Part shown: piece by piece, positions 12,988 through 25,867 of the stretch
How the letters are laid out: the number at the start of each line of letters is the position of its first letter
Numbering within the stretch: the stretch's first letter is position 1
Assembly (NCBI GenBank): GCA_052327205.1
Contig: CM126224.1
Location: 36,580,001 to 36,644,000 of the forward strand
Length of the DNA: 64,000 nt
Reading direction: 5' to 3'
Source of the DNA: Somniosus microcephalus
Lineage: Eukaryota
The notes under the pieces: generated by a model
The model's database searches: none
The model's input: only the letters and a program-made list of their open reading frames with translations
What the model was told of the DNA's origin: nothing
Translations under genes and position numbers: made by a program

Positions 12988-13894
12988 GAAACATAGAAAA
13001 ATAGGAGCAGGAGTAGGCCATTCGGCCCTTCTAGCCTGCTCCGCCATTCAATACGATCATGGCTGATCCTCTATCTCAATACAAGAAACTTTCTGGTATC
13101 CGGCACGGACGGGACCGACATGGTGCAGGTTCAGCAATAAAACCGAACGCTATAGTAAAAGATACAGAGCTCCGTATAAAGCAACAAACCCTGTTGCTTA
13201 GCAACAGCTTCAAAACAATGCCCACAAGTTGCAAGCATCTCTGTAGCTTAGCAACAGCTGCAGCCAAACCCTTGCCTTCCTCCATTTGTTGCTGTGCAAG
13301 TAATAAAAGTTACCTGAAACCGACTCCTGAATTTTGCCGGTTAACCGACATTTCCGGTTATTTAGGGGCCGGTTAATCAAAAGTTTCCTGTACCATTTTT
13401 CCACGCTCTCCCCATACCCCTTGATGCCCCTTGTGTCTAGAAATCTATCTACCTCCTTAAATATATTCAGTGACTTGGCTTCCACAGCCTTCTGTGGTAG
13501 AGAATTCCACAGATTCACCACCCTCTGAGTGAAGAAATTTCTCCTCATCTCAGTCCTAAATGTCCTGAGACTGTGACCCTTTGTTCTAGCACCCCCCTCC
13601 AGCCAGGGGAAACATCCTCCCTGCATCCAGTCTGTCTAGCCCTGTCAGTATTTTATACATTTCCATGAGATCCCTTCTTATTCTTCTAAACTCTAGTGAA
13701 TACAGGCCTAGTCGACCCAATCTCTCCTCATACAACAGTCCTGCCACCCCAGGAATCAGTCTGGTGAACCTTCGCTGTACTCCCTCTGTGGCAAGTATAT
13801 CCTTTCTTCGGTAAGAGACCAAAACTGTACACAGTACTCCAGGTGTGGTCTTACCAAGGCCCTGTATAATTGTAGTAAGACATCCTTGTTCCTG
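12988..13894 (-). mobile_element. CR1 LINE, 5'-truncated, interrupted by a MITE
   Basis: Minus-strand ORFs contain [23 protein letters not shown] and FRTEMRRNFFTQRVVNLWNSLP, followed by a CR1 3' UTR. Confidence 0.9.
13082..13390. mobile_element. Tc1/mariner-like MITE, copy 2 (nested in CR1 3' UTR)
   Basis: TA-CAAGAAACTTT ... AAAGTTTCCTG-TA. The CR1 sequence resumes on both sides. Confidence 0.88.
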
Positions 13895-14146
13895 AATTTT
13901 TGAATAATTGAACTTCATCTGGCGATGAGATGTACAATAAAGAACCAAAAATGATGTCTTTTTTCACGCTTGTGTATAGTTTCCTAGGGGATACGGATAC
14001 AGGTCTGGGGACACTCATACTTGTGAAGTCCGTCGAGATCTGTTGTATTTTGTTCACGAGCAATGCAAACACCTACATATTGGCGGCAATATGGTTTCAA
14101 CCAAGAACCAGATAGCTTTTAAAGTTGATTGTTAACGTAGCATTAA

Positions 14147-14810
14147 GGGGGAAAAATTCAGTATCGCCCCGTTTGGGGCTCCATTATCGGCCATGCGCAA
14201 AGTTTAGCGCCTGGTGCTACTTATCGCCTCCGACAGCAAACTTGGCTTTTATCGCCCCTGGAGGTGATTGGAGCGCTAAATCAGGCACTTCACGCCTGTC
14301 TTAAGGCGCAAAAGCCGAGGAGCGAGGCGCTACCTCAGCGCGCTGGCGAAGCAAGGAAGGGCAAATCAAAATAAACCTGCAAAGTGCTGCTCAGTACTCA
14401 AAACTCCTTCACACAGCGTTGAATCTCTCCAGAAGTCTCAGTCTCTCTCTCTCTCAGAATGCATGGTGCAAAAACGTCACCAACAAAAAAAGGCAGGAAG
14501 CGGTCGCCTTTAAATAGCGCTCCCCTAGTCCCTTTCTGACAGCATAACGCTCCCCTCAACCTGTCGTTGCTGGCGGTAAGGCAGGGGGCGCCACTCAATA
14601 TCCGGCCCGGGGCGCTAACGGGGTGTTGCGCACTCGACTGACGTCACAGCGCAGGAGATCGTGGCTGTAGTGTTTAGCGCTGCCGCAAAATGTCTAGTTA
14701 ATTTCGCGAGCATCGCAAACATCACCGTGCCCGGGCGCTAGTTGCTTTGCGCCCCATTAGCGCCCTCTTAAGGCGCTAACGGGAGGTGCAAACAACTGAA
14801 TTTTCCCCCC
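14147..14810. mobile_element. Non-autonomous PIF/Harbinger-like DNA transposon
   Basis: TIRs GGGGGAAAAATTCAGT and ACTGAATTTTCCCCCC, with the canonical TAA TSD at 14144-14146 and 14811-14813. It has many subterminal GGCGCT/AGCGCC motifs. Confidence 0.88.
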
Positions 14811-17389
14811 TAAGTGTCTGGGAGATACCATTATTCCTAGCAAATGGAAGCCAATATTGTGGACAAGATTAATGCAATTGAAGAGAACAGTTGATTCTTG
14901 TTGTGGACTGGTGTTGCATTTGCTATTGTTGAGCCTTAATTTTTTTCTAGAAATAGTTTAATTATTGTTTTTTTTTACAAAAGCATTCTGAACTACTGGA
15001 AAGTGTACAGTTTGTTGGTGTCAATACCTAAGGCCTTTAAAATGACCCCATTTATTTTAGTAGGTTAACACCTCCATTAAAATAGGAGAGTGAGGAATTT
15101 TAGACAAAGGGGTTTGTCTGCTGATGTTCTGCGGCATAATTTTTGATGATGAACATAAAATGATTTGCACATCTTTTCCTTTGACCATTAAATGCTTGTC
15201 AATTGAACTTTATTTTTAATGTTATGAGGACAAATAGGTATATTTTGGAAACTGAACTGTAATAAGTAGAAGCACTTGGTAAATTGTAACATTAAAAACA
15301 TTATACAGTAATGGGGATTAAATGGTATGTGTGGATTTCCTTGCAACTTGATGCCTAACTCACGATTTCTCTAGTAGTTTTTAATTTGAATGTGCTAATG
15401 CTGGCTAAATCAAATGCTGCCTGTACATTCATCTTGTGTCTTTCTACCTCCGACTCGGGTTGTGTTAATGCTATATCAGGGACATACCAAGCTGAAAACT
15501 GTTGACGAGCGCAGCTCTATGTTGATGAGTTACAGGTAAATGGTAAAGGCTCATTCAGATTTCCCCTCCCCGCTGAATTATTCTTGTTTATGGTAAACGT
15601 AACAACGAAAGCTAATACCGTGGCTCATGGGGCTTCAAATGGGAATGTAGAAGTTAAAATCGTGCTGTTCTCTAAATGCCATAAATATTTGATCTGCCCC
15701 TATTAGATGGCTTTGGTTGTGCAAGGTGGTGTCTTCATGGGTCAGAGCAATAACAAAACTGTGCTTAATGGTGTGTAAAATCTGTGATTTTTGTCAAGGT
15801 TTTATAGAGGACAGGAATCAATGACCAGTGACCCAAGGGCCATAACTTGCATTTGATGAGTCTTTCCCACCGTTTAATACCACATTTATATTTATACTAG
15901 CCAGTTAGATTAGATCTTCTCATTGTTGACTCTTTCTCTTCAGAAAGGTAGAAATTTACTGGACTGTGAGCGCTATCTGGCTGGACAAGCTAGTAAGGAG
16001 AGCACGGAATCAAATGGAGGCCACTTGACTCTTTTCAATGAAAAATAGTAACATTTTTATACTTGTCCATGGTATTTATATTGAACTGGCTCAGATTCTC
16101 TAATCTAAATTGACCAGATGATAGCGTGACCTCTTAGATAGTTTTCAGTGCACAAATGGTTGTGTAATTGTCCTGTTAATGTGCGTGTGTGGTTACATTA
16201 TGTTTTTTTTTTTCTCTCCCCTTTTTTAAAGGTTGAAATCCCACTCTGTGATATTGGTAACACATTTGATAATGTATTGCCGTGAAATTCCTTTGTTCTC
16301 ACCTTTCACAAATTTGTTAATCCATTTACTTGACAAAGGTGAGAGGATTTGTTAAGTTAACCAATGCGTTGCAAAATATGGCACAATGGAATTTCACCCT
16401 AATGGCCGCATGCACCATCACATCACTGAGAGGGTGGGCAATATATCCTCTTCCAGGTCTTTGCCAGCTCTGCTCTACAGAGAGCCACTAGGAGGTGAAC
16501 AATAGTGATTCTTTTTCTGATTTTTTTTTTCCCCCTCCCTTTACTATGGGTAAGGCACTTCCGTTAGATAATTGACTACGTAGATAGTTCACAAACTCTA
16601 TGAGCCATGTATGGATATATTATTGTAAAATTTAATAAACTCGCTGCCGTCCACAGTATAGCACAGTAATTGGGAATCCAGTATTACAAGGTGTGTGTAC
16701 ACTACTGTACAGTTTAATTTGAAACAACTGTAAATTAGCAACTGGGAAACAAGCCTGAATTTACAGCTATGGTGCAAATGAGGCTTTTAGGAGGCATGTT
16801 GTACACTTGCACAATCATTAATAGTTGATTAAAATGTAAAAGTGTTGGAACTGTCTCTTGTATGAGAACGTCTCTCTTGTAATGCAGCTACATATCCAGA
16901 ATGTTTTCCCCCCAAACGTCATTTCTTTACCTCCCCAAGCCTAGGTGCACACAAGCCAATTGTAGGGCCCTTATTTCTGCCTTAGTTGAGGTCAGCTACC
17001 TCGGTGCATTTAGCTCTGTGCCATCGCTAACGTCAGTGCCTTTACGCACCCAGCCACCCATAGAGATAGAGAGTGACTTTATATTCAATGTAGCATATAT
17101 CTGGCCAAAAGAATTCTGAAGAGGTCCGCTGCATTGGAACCAGTTCCAGTTTTCTGATTTTGGAAAGCTAAAGGCTTTCTAAATGCGATTGTTTCATATG
17201 TAATGAGGGATGGTTATTGATGAATTAAAGATAAGCACGTGGATCGCATTAGTTTTCAGCCCTCTCCGACAATGCACATTTTTTTTTTTTCTATTGTGTA
17301 ATTGATTTATGATTCATTACAGATGAATCCTTTTGAACAATTGACTGTGTGTGTCACTGCATATTTATTTTTAAATACCTCTTATTTCT

Positions 17390-17750
17390 CTCAAGCTGGT
17401 AACCTGTTCCCCCTGGCCTCTCAGCCTTCTACCATTCTTCACGAGAGTCTAGACAGTGAGCACTGGGGCTGTTGCAGCTGTTGGACCTGTTGCTCACCTG
17501 ATGTGCACTTCTTTCGGCAGGGGTTGCTGAATAGTAATTGGAAGCAGCAACTGTGGTTGCCTTTTCCTCCCTTCTGCCCCCCTCTGCCCATATGCCTCAT
17601 TTATTGCCTCCCTAGCCTAGGGATGGTGAGGCTAATTGTAGTGCCCGACTTCTGCCACTTCTGAGATTAGCTTCCGAACCACAGACGTTGAACCGCCGGC
17701 CTCTTTGATTCGTATGGCACAGTGCAGTATATTTACACACTGAGCCATCA
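17390..17750 (-). mobile_element. Old tRNA-headed SINE (family X)
   Basis: The minus-strand head begins GATGGCTCAGTGTGTAAAT at ~17749. The body is shared with other copies. Confidence 0.55.
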
Positions 17751-18205
17751 GAAGAGACACTGGGTGGACACTTTGAGCCCAAACTAATTGAGGGTGTAAG
17801 GTAGTCGAAGGTTTGTTGTGTCACAAAAATAGGATTGTCTGATCATGTTTGAAGATAAATACAACATGTATTTGCAAGGCACTTTTCCCCTTGTTTACAT
17901 TAGTGAAAAATAACTGGCTTTGTTCCAAGCTGAGCTGAATGGATGGATGCTGCCGTCGCGTGACATCGCAGGTGCACCAGTATAATAGATGCCTGGTGCC
18001 CAGAGCTCCAGAATTACAACAGCGTAATCTGGATGATCTGACATGGACCCACATGCCAAGGGTACAAATTGGAGAAAATGCAGGGAGAAAAAATAATTTT
18101 GCTGTATGTTGGGTTGGAGAGTGGGAAGTAATATTGGTCGGCATTCAGCCCCCTCAAATCCAGTCCAATATAATTAATTGATTAATAGAAATGAATTCAA
18201 TGATC

Positions 18206-21200
18206 TTTTATTTATTCATTCACAGGATGTGGGTGTCGCTGGCAAGGCCAGCATTTATTGCCCATCCCTAGCTGCCCTTGAGAAGGTGGTGGTGAGCCGC
18301 CGCCTTGAACCTCTGCAGTCCGTGTGGTGAAGGTACTCCCACAGTGCTGTTAGGGAGGGAGTTCCAGGATTTTGACCCAGCGACAATGAAGGAACGGCGA
18401 TATGTTTCCAAGTCCGGATGGTGTGTGACTTGGAGGGGAACGTGGGTGGTTTTCCCATGCACCTGCTGTCCTTGTTTTTCTAGGAGGTGGCGGTCGTGGG
18501 TTTGGGAGGTGCTGTCGAAGAAACCTTGGTGAGTTGCTGCAGTGCATCTTGTAGATGGTATACACTGTAGCCACGTTGCGCTGGTGATGAAGGGAGTGAA
18601 TGTTTAAGATGGTCGATGGGGTGCCAATCAAGTGGGCTGCTTTGTCCTGGATAGTGTCGAGCTTCTTGAGTGTTGTTGGAGCTGCACTCATCCAGTGGAG
18701 AGTATTGCATCACACTCCTAACTTGTGCCTTGTAGATGGTGGAAAGGCTTTGGGGAGTCAGGAGGTGTGACACTCGCCGCAGAATACCCAGCCTCTGACC
18801 TGCTCTGGTAGCCACAGTATTTATGTGGCTGGTCCAATTAAGTTTCTAGTCAATGGTGACCTCCCCAAGAAGTTGCCGGTGGGGGATTTCATGATAATGC
18901 CATTGAATGTCAAGGAGCAGTGGTTAGACTCTTTCTTGTTGGAGATGATCATTGCCTGGCACTTGTGTGGTGTGAATGTTACCTGCCACTTATCAGCACA
19001 AGCCTGGATGTTGTCCAGGTCTTGCTGCATGCAGGCATAGGCTGCTTCATTATCTGAAGAATTGCGAATGGAACTGGACACTGCAAGCATCAGTGAACAT
19101 CCCCTCTTCTGATCTTATGATGGAGGGAAAGTCATTGATAAAGCACTTGAAAATGGTTGAAGCCTAGGACACTGCCCTGAGGAATTCCTACAGTGATATC
19201 CTAGGGTTGAGATGATTGGCTTCTAACAATCACAACCATCTTCCTTTGTGCTGGGTATGACTGCAGCCAGTGGAGAGTTTCCCCTGATCCCCATTGACTT
19301 CAATTTTACATGGGCTCCTTGGTGCCACACTCAGTCAAATGCTGCCTTGATGTCAAGGACAGTAACTGTCCCCTCACCTTTGGTATTCAGCTCTTTTCTT
19401 CATGTTTGGACCAAGGCTGTAATGAGATCAGGAGCTGGGTTGTTCTGTGGAACCCAAACTGAACATCGGTGAGCAGGTTATTGGTGAGTAAGTGCCGCTT
19501 GATGGCACTGTTGACGACACCTTCCATCACTCTGCTGACGATGGAGATTAGGCTGATGGGGCGGTAATTGGCTGGACTGGATTTCTCCTGCTTTTTGAGG
19601 GCAGGACATAACCTGGGCAATTTTCTACTTTGTTGGAAAGATGCCATTGTTGTAGCTGTACTGGGACAACTTGGTCAGAGGCGCGATTAGTTCTGAAGCA
19701 CAAGTCTTCAGCATTCTAAGCCTTGGCTGTATCCAGTGCGCTCAGCCGTTTCTTGATATCACGTGGAGTGAATCGAATTGACTGAAGGCAGGCATCTGTC
19801 ATGGTGGGGACCTTAAGAGGAGGCCGAGATGGATCATCCACTTGGCACTTCTGGCTGAAGATGGTTGCAAATGCTTCAGCCTTGTTATTTGCAATCACTT
19901 GCTGGGCTCCGCCATCATGGAGGATGGGGATGTTCATGGAGCCTCCTCCCGTTAGTTGTTTAATTGTCCGCCGCCATTCACGACTGGATGTGGCAGGACT
20001 GCAGAGCTTTGATCTGATTCGTTGGTTGTGGGATCGCTTAGCTCTGCTGCTTCCACTTTAGCCTGTGTTTTAGCTTTGCCAGGTTGGCATGCTCTTCTAC
20101 ACTTCATTGAACTAGGATAGGTCACCTGGCTTGATGGTAATGAGTGAGGGATATGCCAAGCCATGAAGTTACAGATTGTGGTGGAATGCAATTCTGCTGT
20201 TGATTGCCTATAGCCCAGTTTTGAGCTGCTGTATCTGTTCTGAATCTATTGGCACATTTAGTGCCACACAACACAATGGAGGGTGTCCTAAGTGTGAAGA
20301 TGGAACTTCGCCTCCACAAGGTCTGTCTTGCTGTTGGGACATGAATGGTGATTGTTCAGCTGTTGCTTGACAGCTCTCCCAATTTTGGCACAAGCCCCCA
20401 GATGTTCTAGACTTTGGAGTAAAAATTGGATTGCTTTGTGCCTCCCGATATGGGGCGCAAAGCAACTAGCGCCTGGACACAGCACCGCCCACGCCTCCTG
20501 CGAAATTCAGCGGGAGGTTAGCGGTGGCGCTAACCGGTAGTGCCCCATGGCGCTGCGCCGCCGGCAGTGATGTCATTGCCCTGCTCGCACCCCGGCCGCA
20601 ATCTTCAGGAGCGCCCCCTGACTTGCCGCCGGACGCTTTGTCCGACGGGGTCAGGGGGGGCCTAGTTGCAGCTGGGGAGGTGCTATTTAAGGCCTGTTCT
20701 CCCGTCCCCGGCCTTCTGACCTGCCCCCCCCCCCCCACGGAGTGCTGGCTGCGCTCCAAGAGCCCGGCACTTCTCTTGCATGCCGGGCTCTTTTGCCGGC
20801 ACTCCTGATCCCCGGGGGCCCAGCTGGGTCACGGTGCGCAAGACCCCTCCCCTTTAAGAAGGGGAGGAAGGCCTGCAATACCGTGGCACGTAGCGCCATG
20901 ATATTCCCTCGCAGCATCCCAAGGAGGATGCGGGGCGCTTCCAGTAGCACCCCGCTTCCCTCTTGGGGTGCTATTGGTGAATTTCCGGCGCGGGGGCACT
21001 AATTTTTCCAGGGTGCTAAAAGTAGCGCCCCAGCGAAGTTAGTGCCCCTACTCAATTTTTAGCCCTTTATGTCCAAACCGGATGCTGAAATCAATGCCGG
21101 TCCGGTTTTATTCTTGGGCTTTTTTGTAATAGTTTGAGACTACTGCGTGTTGCCATGGATTTGGAGACCGGGTAAGGTTTCCTTACCGAAAGGACACCAG

Positions 21201-21386
21201 TGAGCCAGTTGGGTTTTCACGACAATCCTCATAGCCACCATTGCTGATACTAGCATTTTATTTCAGATTTATTTAATAAACTGAATTCAAATTCACAAAC
21301 TGCACATGGTGGGATTTGAACTCGCATTTCTGAATCCAGGCCTCTTGTAACTAGTCCAGTAACATGACCACTATGCTACTGTACCC
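18206..21386 (-). mobile_element. Decayed near-full-length CR1-group LINE (endonuclease + RT) with a tRNA-like 5' head, interrupted by a MITE
   Basis: Minus-strand fragments include NIWGLVPKLGEL (EN start, ~20406), NYRPISLISIVSRVMEG..QFGF, QQDLDNIQACADKWQVTF and QRLGILRRVSHLLTPQSLSTIYKAQVRSVM. The 3' tail is ..TGAATGAATAAATAAAA. The A box is at 21368-21378 and the B box at 21312-21323. Confidence 0.85.
20416..21065. mobile_element. Non-autonomous PIF/Harbinger-like DNA transposon nested in the LINE
   Basis: TIRs GGAGTAAAAATTG and CAATTTTTAGCCC, with TTT on both flanks. It is GC-rich and has repeated GGGGCGC/AGCGCC motifs. Confidence 0.8.
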
Positions 21387-22329
21387 GTATGTATTAAACT
21401 TGCACTCAGCTGACTTCTTTGCACTGATGCAGAAATGGGCCTGGTTTCTTTTGTCATGTGTAATAAATTGCACCATATGTCTATCTTTCAATTTGAATAT
21501 TGAATTAAACTGGTCTTTTGGAAGAACATCATCTTGAAAATTAAAGATAATTTATTGCTGATTCTAAAACTCTGTGGCGATGAAAGTTCTTTGAACTGCT
21601 CTTGAATTATTTGCAAACTGCAGAGTGATTATATGCCTATATTCAACATCTACACTTAATACTATGCTTCTCTGGTGATTTTTTTTTTTTAGAGATTGTC
21701 GTACCCTGTCATTTACGCAAGACAATTTGGTGTCAAGAATTGTGTCAACATTATAATATCTTTCATTGAAAAGGATTTTAGTATAATGTGTTGATCTCAA
21801 ATTATCTTGGCCCTCAAATTAATCAAATACTCCAGCTTTTTGTCACCAGCCCAGTCTCTGAACAGTAGAATATATGTTTCAGTAATGACGGATGAAAGAT
21901 GTTCTTACTTTACCGCTTATTCAATTTCCAGCTGTGGCTTTTGCAATAAGCATTTGCAGGTCCTTTAAACATTAATTGGAAATTTAAATTCTATTTGGAG
22001 TAGTATTCTAGTATAATTATAAAATAAAAGAGGACAGATTGAATATTTAGTGGTTAATGGTGTAAGAATTTGTTCAGAAAATGGAGAAAGCAGTGCGCTT
22101 TGAGTCAAATGAGATTGGAAAGAAATTGGATCAAGAAAGAATGAAAAAGCAATGGAACATTGCTACATTTTCCAGTGAGGTTGGAATGAACTTCCCACTA
22201 AACAGCACTGACCATATCTGCCACTTTGCAGCAGTTCAAATAACTTGCATATTTAACAAAGAAATTAATTGAAAAGATTGGTGGAGTTACTTGAAAGACA
22301 ATGTTGCTGAAAGAACAAAATGGCAGTTT

Positions 22330-22660
22330 GTCCCAGTTGTTAGCAATGTTGCCTGAGCCGGAAGGTTGTGGGTTCTAGCCTTATTTCCAAACTGAAGCAC
22401 ACAAGCTAGGCTGACATCCCAGTGAGGATGTACTTTGTCTTTCACAGAAGATGTTAAACCCTTGCGCTGTCTGTCTGCCTGTTCCAGCAGTTCAGGTGGA
22501 TTTTGACGATCCCATGGCACAATTTGAATAAGATCAGGGAGTCGACTTGTCATCCTGGAATACGTTCCTCCCTCACCCAAAACCAGCAAAACTGAACATG
22601 GATAACCTGCTTATTCATTTCATTGATGTTTGCAGGATTTTGCTCTGCATAAAATAGCTG
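22330..22660 (+). mobile_element. DeuSINE (SacSINE1-like), degenerate
   Basis: Contains Deu-domain-like sequence GAAGATGTTAAACC..CTGTCTG..CAGGTGGA..GATCCCATGGCAC and resembles 31488-31845. Confidence 0.65.
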
Positions 22661-22667
22661 TTCTATT

Positions 22668-22776
22668 GGGGTAATTTTAACTTTATCACCGGGTGGAAAT
22701 GGGCAATGGCGATTCAGCCGCCCGATTTACACCCCCGTCTATTTTCATTCCATTGATAATAGTTAAAACGTTCCCC
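22668..22776. mobile_element. 109-bp Harbinger-like mini-MITE
   Basis: Imperfect TIRs GGGGTAATTTTAACT and AGTTAAAACGTTCCCC, with ATT on both flanks. Confidence 0.55.
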
Positions 22777-23751
22777 ATTGTGTTTGATTATATAAAGATG
22801 CATTTTGAAATGTTTGAGAGCTGCATTAAGGGAGCTATATAATGCATTAAAAAAAAACAGTTGTTTGTAATACAGTAAGATTAACAATTTAAAAAATACT
22901 ACAGGACCTGTGAGAACAACAGCTGTGATGTTACAATGTGCCTGTGTCTGTACATGTGAGATCAGCTGAACTCCCCTCACGCCAACAGACATTTGGCCAT
23001 TGGAATATAGATTATGGACAGAGCCAGAGAGCAATGATGAGATGGCGAGAATGGGAGAAATGCAAGACTTGTTTCTCTGTTAAGAATCTGGGAAAAAAGA
23101 AGGAAGTATAAAATGGACGAGTGCTCATAACAAACTCCCTGCTCCAGCTTGTTTTAACGTTTGTACTGCTTTAAGTACATGCATTTTCTTTGTATGACAT
23201 AACAAAGAGTATAGAGAATATTGTGAGCAATATTTTTATCTGGAAATCTAAACCTGTGGTTAATACAGTGGTAAAGGTATAGAACTACTGTAATAGCCGA
23301 AAAGACCGTAATGTCCCTAAAGTGTAATTGAATTCCCCACATCCTAAATAAAATAAAAGGTGATCCTTGCCTCTCCATCTCTTCCTCTGACATCATGAAG
23401 TTTTTACCATCAACATCACAATGAGTAAAATCTACCCCTAATCCACAGCCCATCATAACGTCAGTCGGTGGACCCGTGTGAGAATTTTTACATAGAATGC
23501 CAGGCTGCCTATTGCTCGCGGTTCCAGAGCCCTTTAACTAATTCCAATCACTTTTGCTTGTTCATGTTTTCGCATTGTACTCATTCAAATTATGTTAAGT
23601 GATTCTTATTACAAGAAATGTGGTAGATGAGCTGAATGTGAGGTTCTCATTTTTCACTACTTTTATTGATGCCAGGACTGTGCCATATTCAGCTTTTATA
23701 AAAAGAACTTGCATGCTGCAAGCAAAATTCCTCCATACTTCAGTGAATTGT

Positions 23752-25085
23752 TAACAAGGCCATAAAAAAGCAAACCAAGCACTGAGGATCATTTTTATAG
23801 GAATAGAATTGAAAAGCAGGGAAGTTATGTTAAACTTGTGTAGAACCTTGGTTGGACCACACTTGGAGTACTGTGCACAGTTCTGGTCTCCATATTACAA
23901 AAAGGATATAGAAGCACTGGAGAAGGTGCAAAAAAGATTTACAAGGATGATACCAGAACTGAGAGAATGGCCCGTATTTTCCGATCGCAGGCTTCCCGGA
24001 GGCCTGCGATCTGGAAAAATCTGCGCCCTTACCTGAGGGCTCCCGGGACGCGCACACTTCTGCTCCTGGGCCTCTCCAAACTCCAAGTGCACAGGGCCCA
24101 CGTATCCCAGGGGTGCAGACAGTTCGCAGCGTCCCTGGGATCACGGCCATGGGGAGCCAATCACGGAAGGGAAGACCTGTCAAATATATGAATGGAGATG
24201 AATGAAAAAACATAGTAAAACTTTAAATACATTTTTAAAAAATCACATTTTTAAAATGACTTGAAATTACAATAAACTATTTTAAACATTTTATTTTTTG
24301 AAGAAAAAAAATAGTTTTTTACAGGGCTAAAAATAAACTTTTTTAAAAGTATTTTTAAATGATAAATCAGTGAATTTTTTTTACTTTTTTCCACTCTTAT
24401 CCTGGTAAAAGCAGGCCTTACCAGGCGTAAGAATTGTAAGGGTTTTCTGCGGGCGGAGGGTCTCCAAAAAGCGGAACTATCCGCCCGCAGAGGCCCTAAT
24501 CCAGGGCAGCCGGAGGATCTGTCGAGACCATTCTTGACAGATCGGAAATGCCGGTTTTCAGCGTATGCGCTGTGCATGCCTGAACCCGCCATTTCCGATG
24601 TCCCTACGGGTGGGTACACCGCGCGTACACACCCGTAGAGATCGGAATATCCGGCCCATTATAATTATCAGGAAAGACTGAACAGACTGGGGCTCTTTTC
24701 TCGAGAAAAGAGAAGGCTAAGGGGTGACTTAATAGAGGTCTTTAAAATTATGAAGGGGTTTGATAGGGTAGACATAGAGAAGATGTTCCCACTTGTGGGG
24801 GAGACCAAACTAGGGGCTGTAAATATAAGATAGTCACTAATAAACCCAATTGGGAATTCAGGAGAAACTTCTTTACCCAGCGAGTGGTTAAAATGCAGAA
24901 CTTGCTGCCACATGGAGTAGTTGAGGCAAATAGCATAGATGCCTTTCAGAGGAAGCTAGACAAGTTCATTAAGGAGAAAGGAATGCAAAGATATGCTGAT
25001 GGGGTTAGATGAAGTAGGGTGGGAGGAGGCTCGTGTGGAGCATAAACACTGGCTGACTGGCCCATTTCTGTGCTGTAAATTTAAT
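23752..25085 (+). mobile_element. CR1 LINE, 5'-truncated, interrupted by a MITE
   Basis: The peptide PHLEYCAQFWSPYYKKDIEALEKVQKRFTRMIPELR continues after 24660 (YQERLNRLGLFSREKRRLRGDLIEVFKIMKG) and then runs into the 3' UTR. Confidence 0.9.
23969..24657. mobile_element. Harbinger-like MITE with AT-rich core (same family as 50711-51410)
   Basis: TIRs GGCCCGTATTTTCCGATC and GATCGGAATATCCGGCCC, with flanks AAT/ATT. It splits the CR1 ORF2. Confidence 0.85.
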
Positions 25086-25549
25086 ATAATTGGACACTGA
25101 AATTCTGGTATGTCAGAAGACAGAACAGTTTGGCACATTGAGTACCATACCATTTCTGTAGAAACTCCATTAACAACCAGAAGAGTCAATGAGAATGGCA
25201 ATTGAGTATCTATAAATAATAGCTGATGGGAGCGAGAGATTATATAGATGTTATTAAACAACAGTAATATGCATCTCGTACTGCTGGTAACCAGACAATG
25301 AACAACCAACTGATTTGTAAGAACATTAATTTTTAATTTAACCTGTTGCTACATAACCCAGAATAATAAATGACTAGTGATTTATGGAAGTGCTGGCCTA
25401 TCGCCCTTCTACGTTCAGTTGTGGACAGTTAACAATCAGACCTGAAAAAATACTACACTGAGCTAGCTATGAATCGGGAGCTTTAATTTAACTTTCTTCA
25501 TCGCTAAGATGGCGCTATCTTCCATACATAGCTTTACATTGTCTCTGTA

Positions 25550-25867
25550 CAGGAAACTTTTTTATCCAGGACCGGCGTGGTGCTGGTTTATCAAAGTCCG
25601 GATTACAGAGAGGTATAGTGAAAGGTACGAGAGCCGCGTACACGGCCACAGATCCAGGCGTCCCTGTTGCATAGCAACAGGTGCAGGAACCCCGGCCACA
25701 GATCCAGGCGTCCCTGTTGCATAGCAACAGGTACAGGAACCCCGGTTACACGACTACAGATCCAAGAACGGCCACTAATGAAGTAAAACTTACCCGAACC
25801 TACTCCTGCATTTTGCTGGTTAAGAGATTTCTGGTTATTTAGGTGCCGGTAAATCGAGAGTTTCCTG
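25550..25867. mobile_element. Tc1/mariner-like MITE, copy 3, with an internal 50-bp tandem duplication
   Basis: TA-CAGGAAACT ... AGTTTCCTG-TA. The unit at 25643-25692 is repeated at 25693-25742. Confidence 0.85.

Noticed and set aside
15480-15535. Possible 56-nt poison exon (CAG|...CAG|GTAAAT, in-frame TGA)
   Set aside because: The polypyrimidine tract is weak, and such matches are expected by chance in 56 kb. It would need RNA-seq support.
21300-21386. tRNA gene
   Set aside because: It has A and B boxes but no convincing cloverleaf, and it continues into retroelement sequence.
25643-25742. CRISPR-like repeat with palindrome
   Set aside because: Two adjacent units with no spacers, inside a eukaryotic MITE, and no cas genes.
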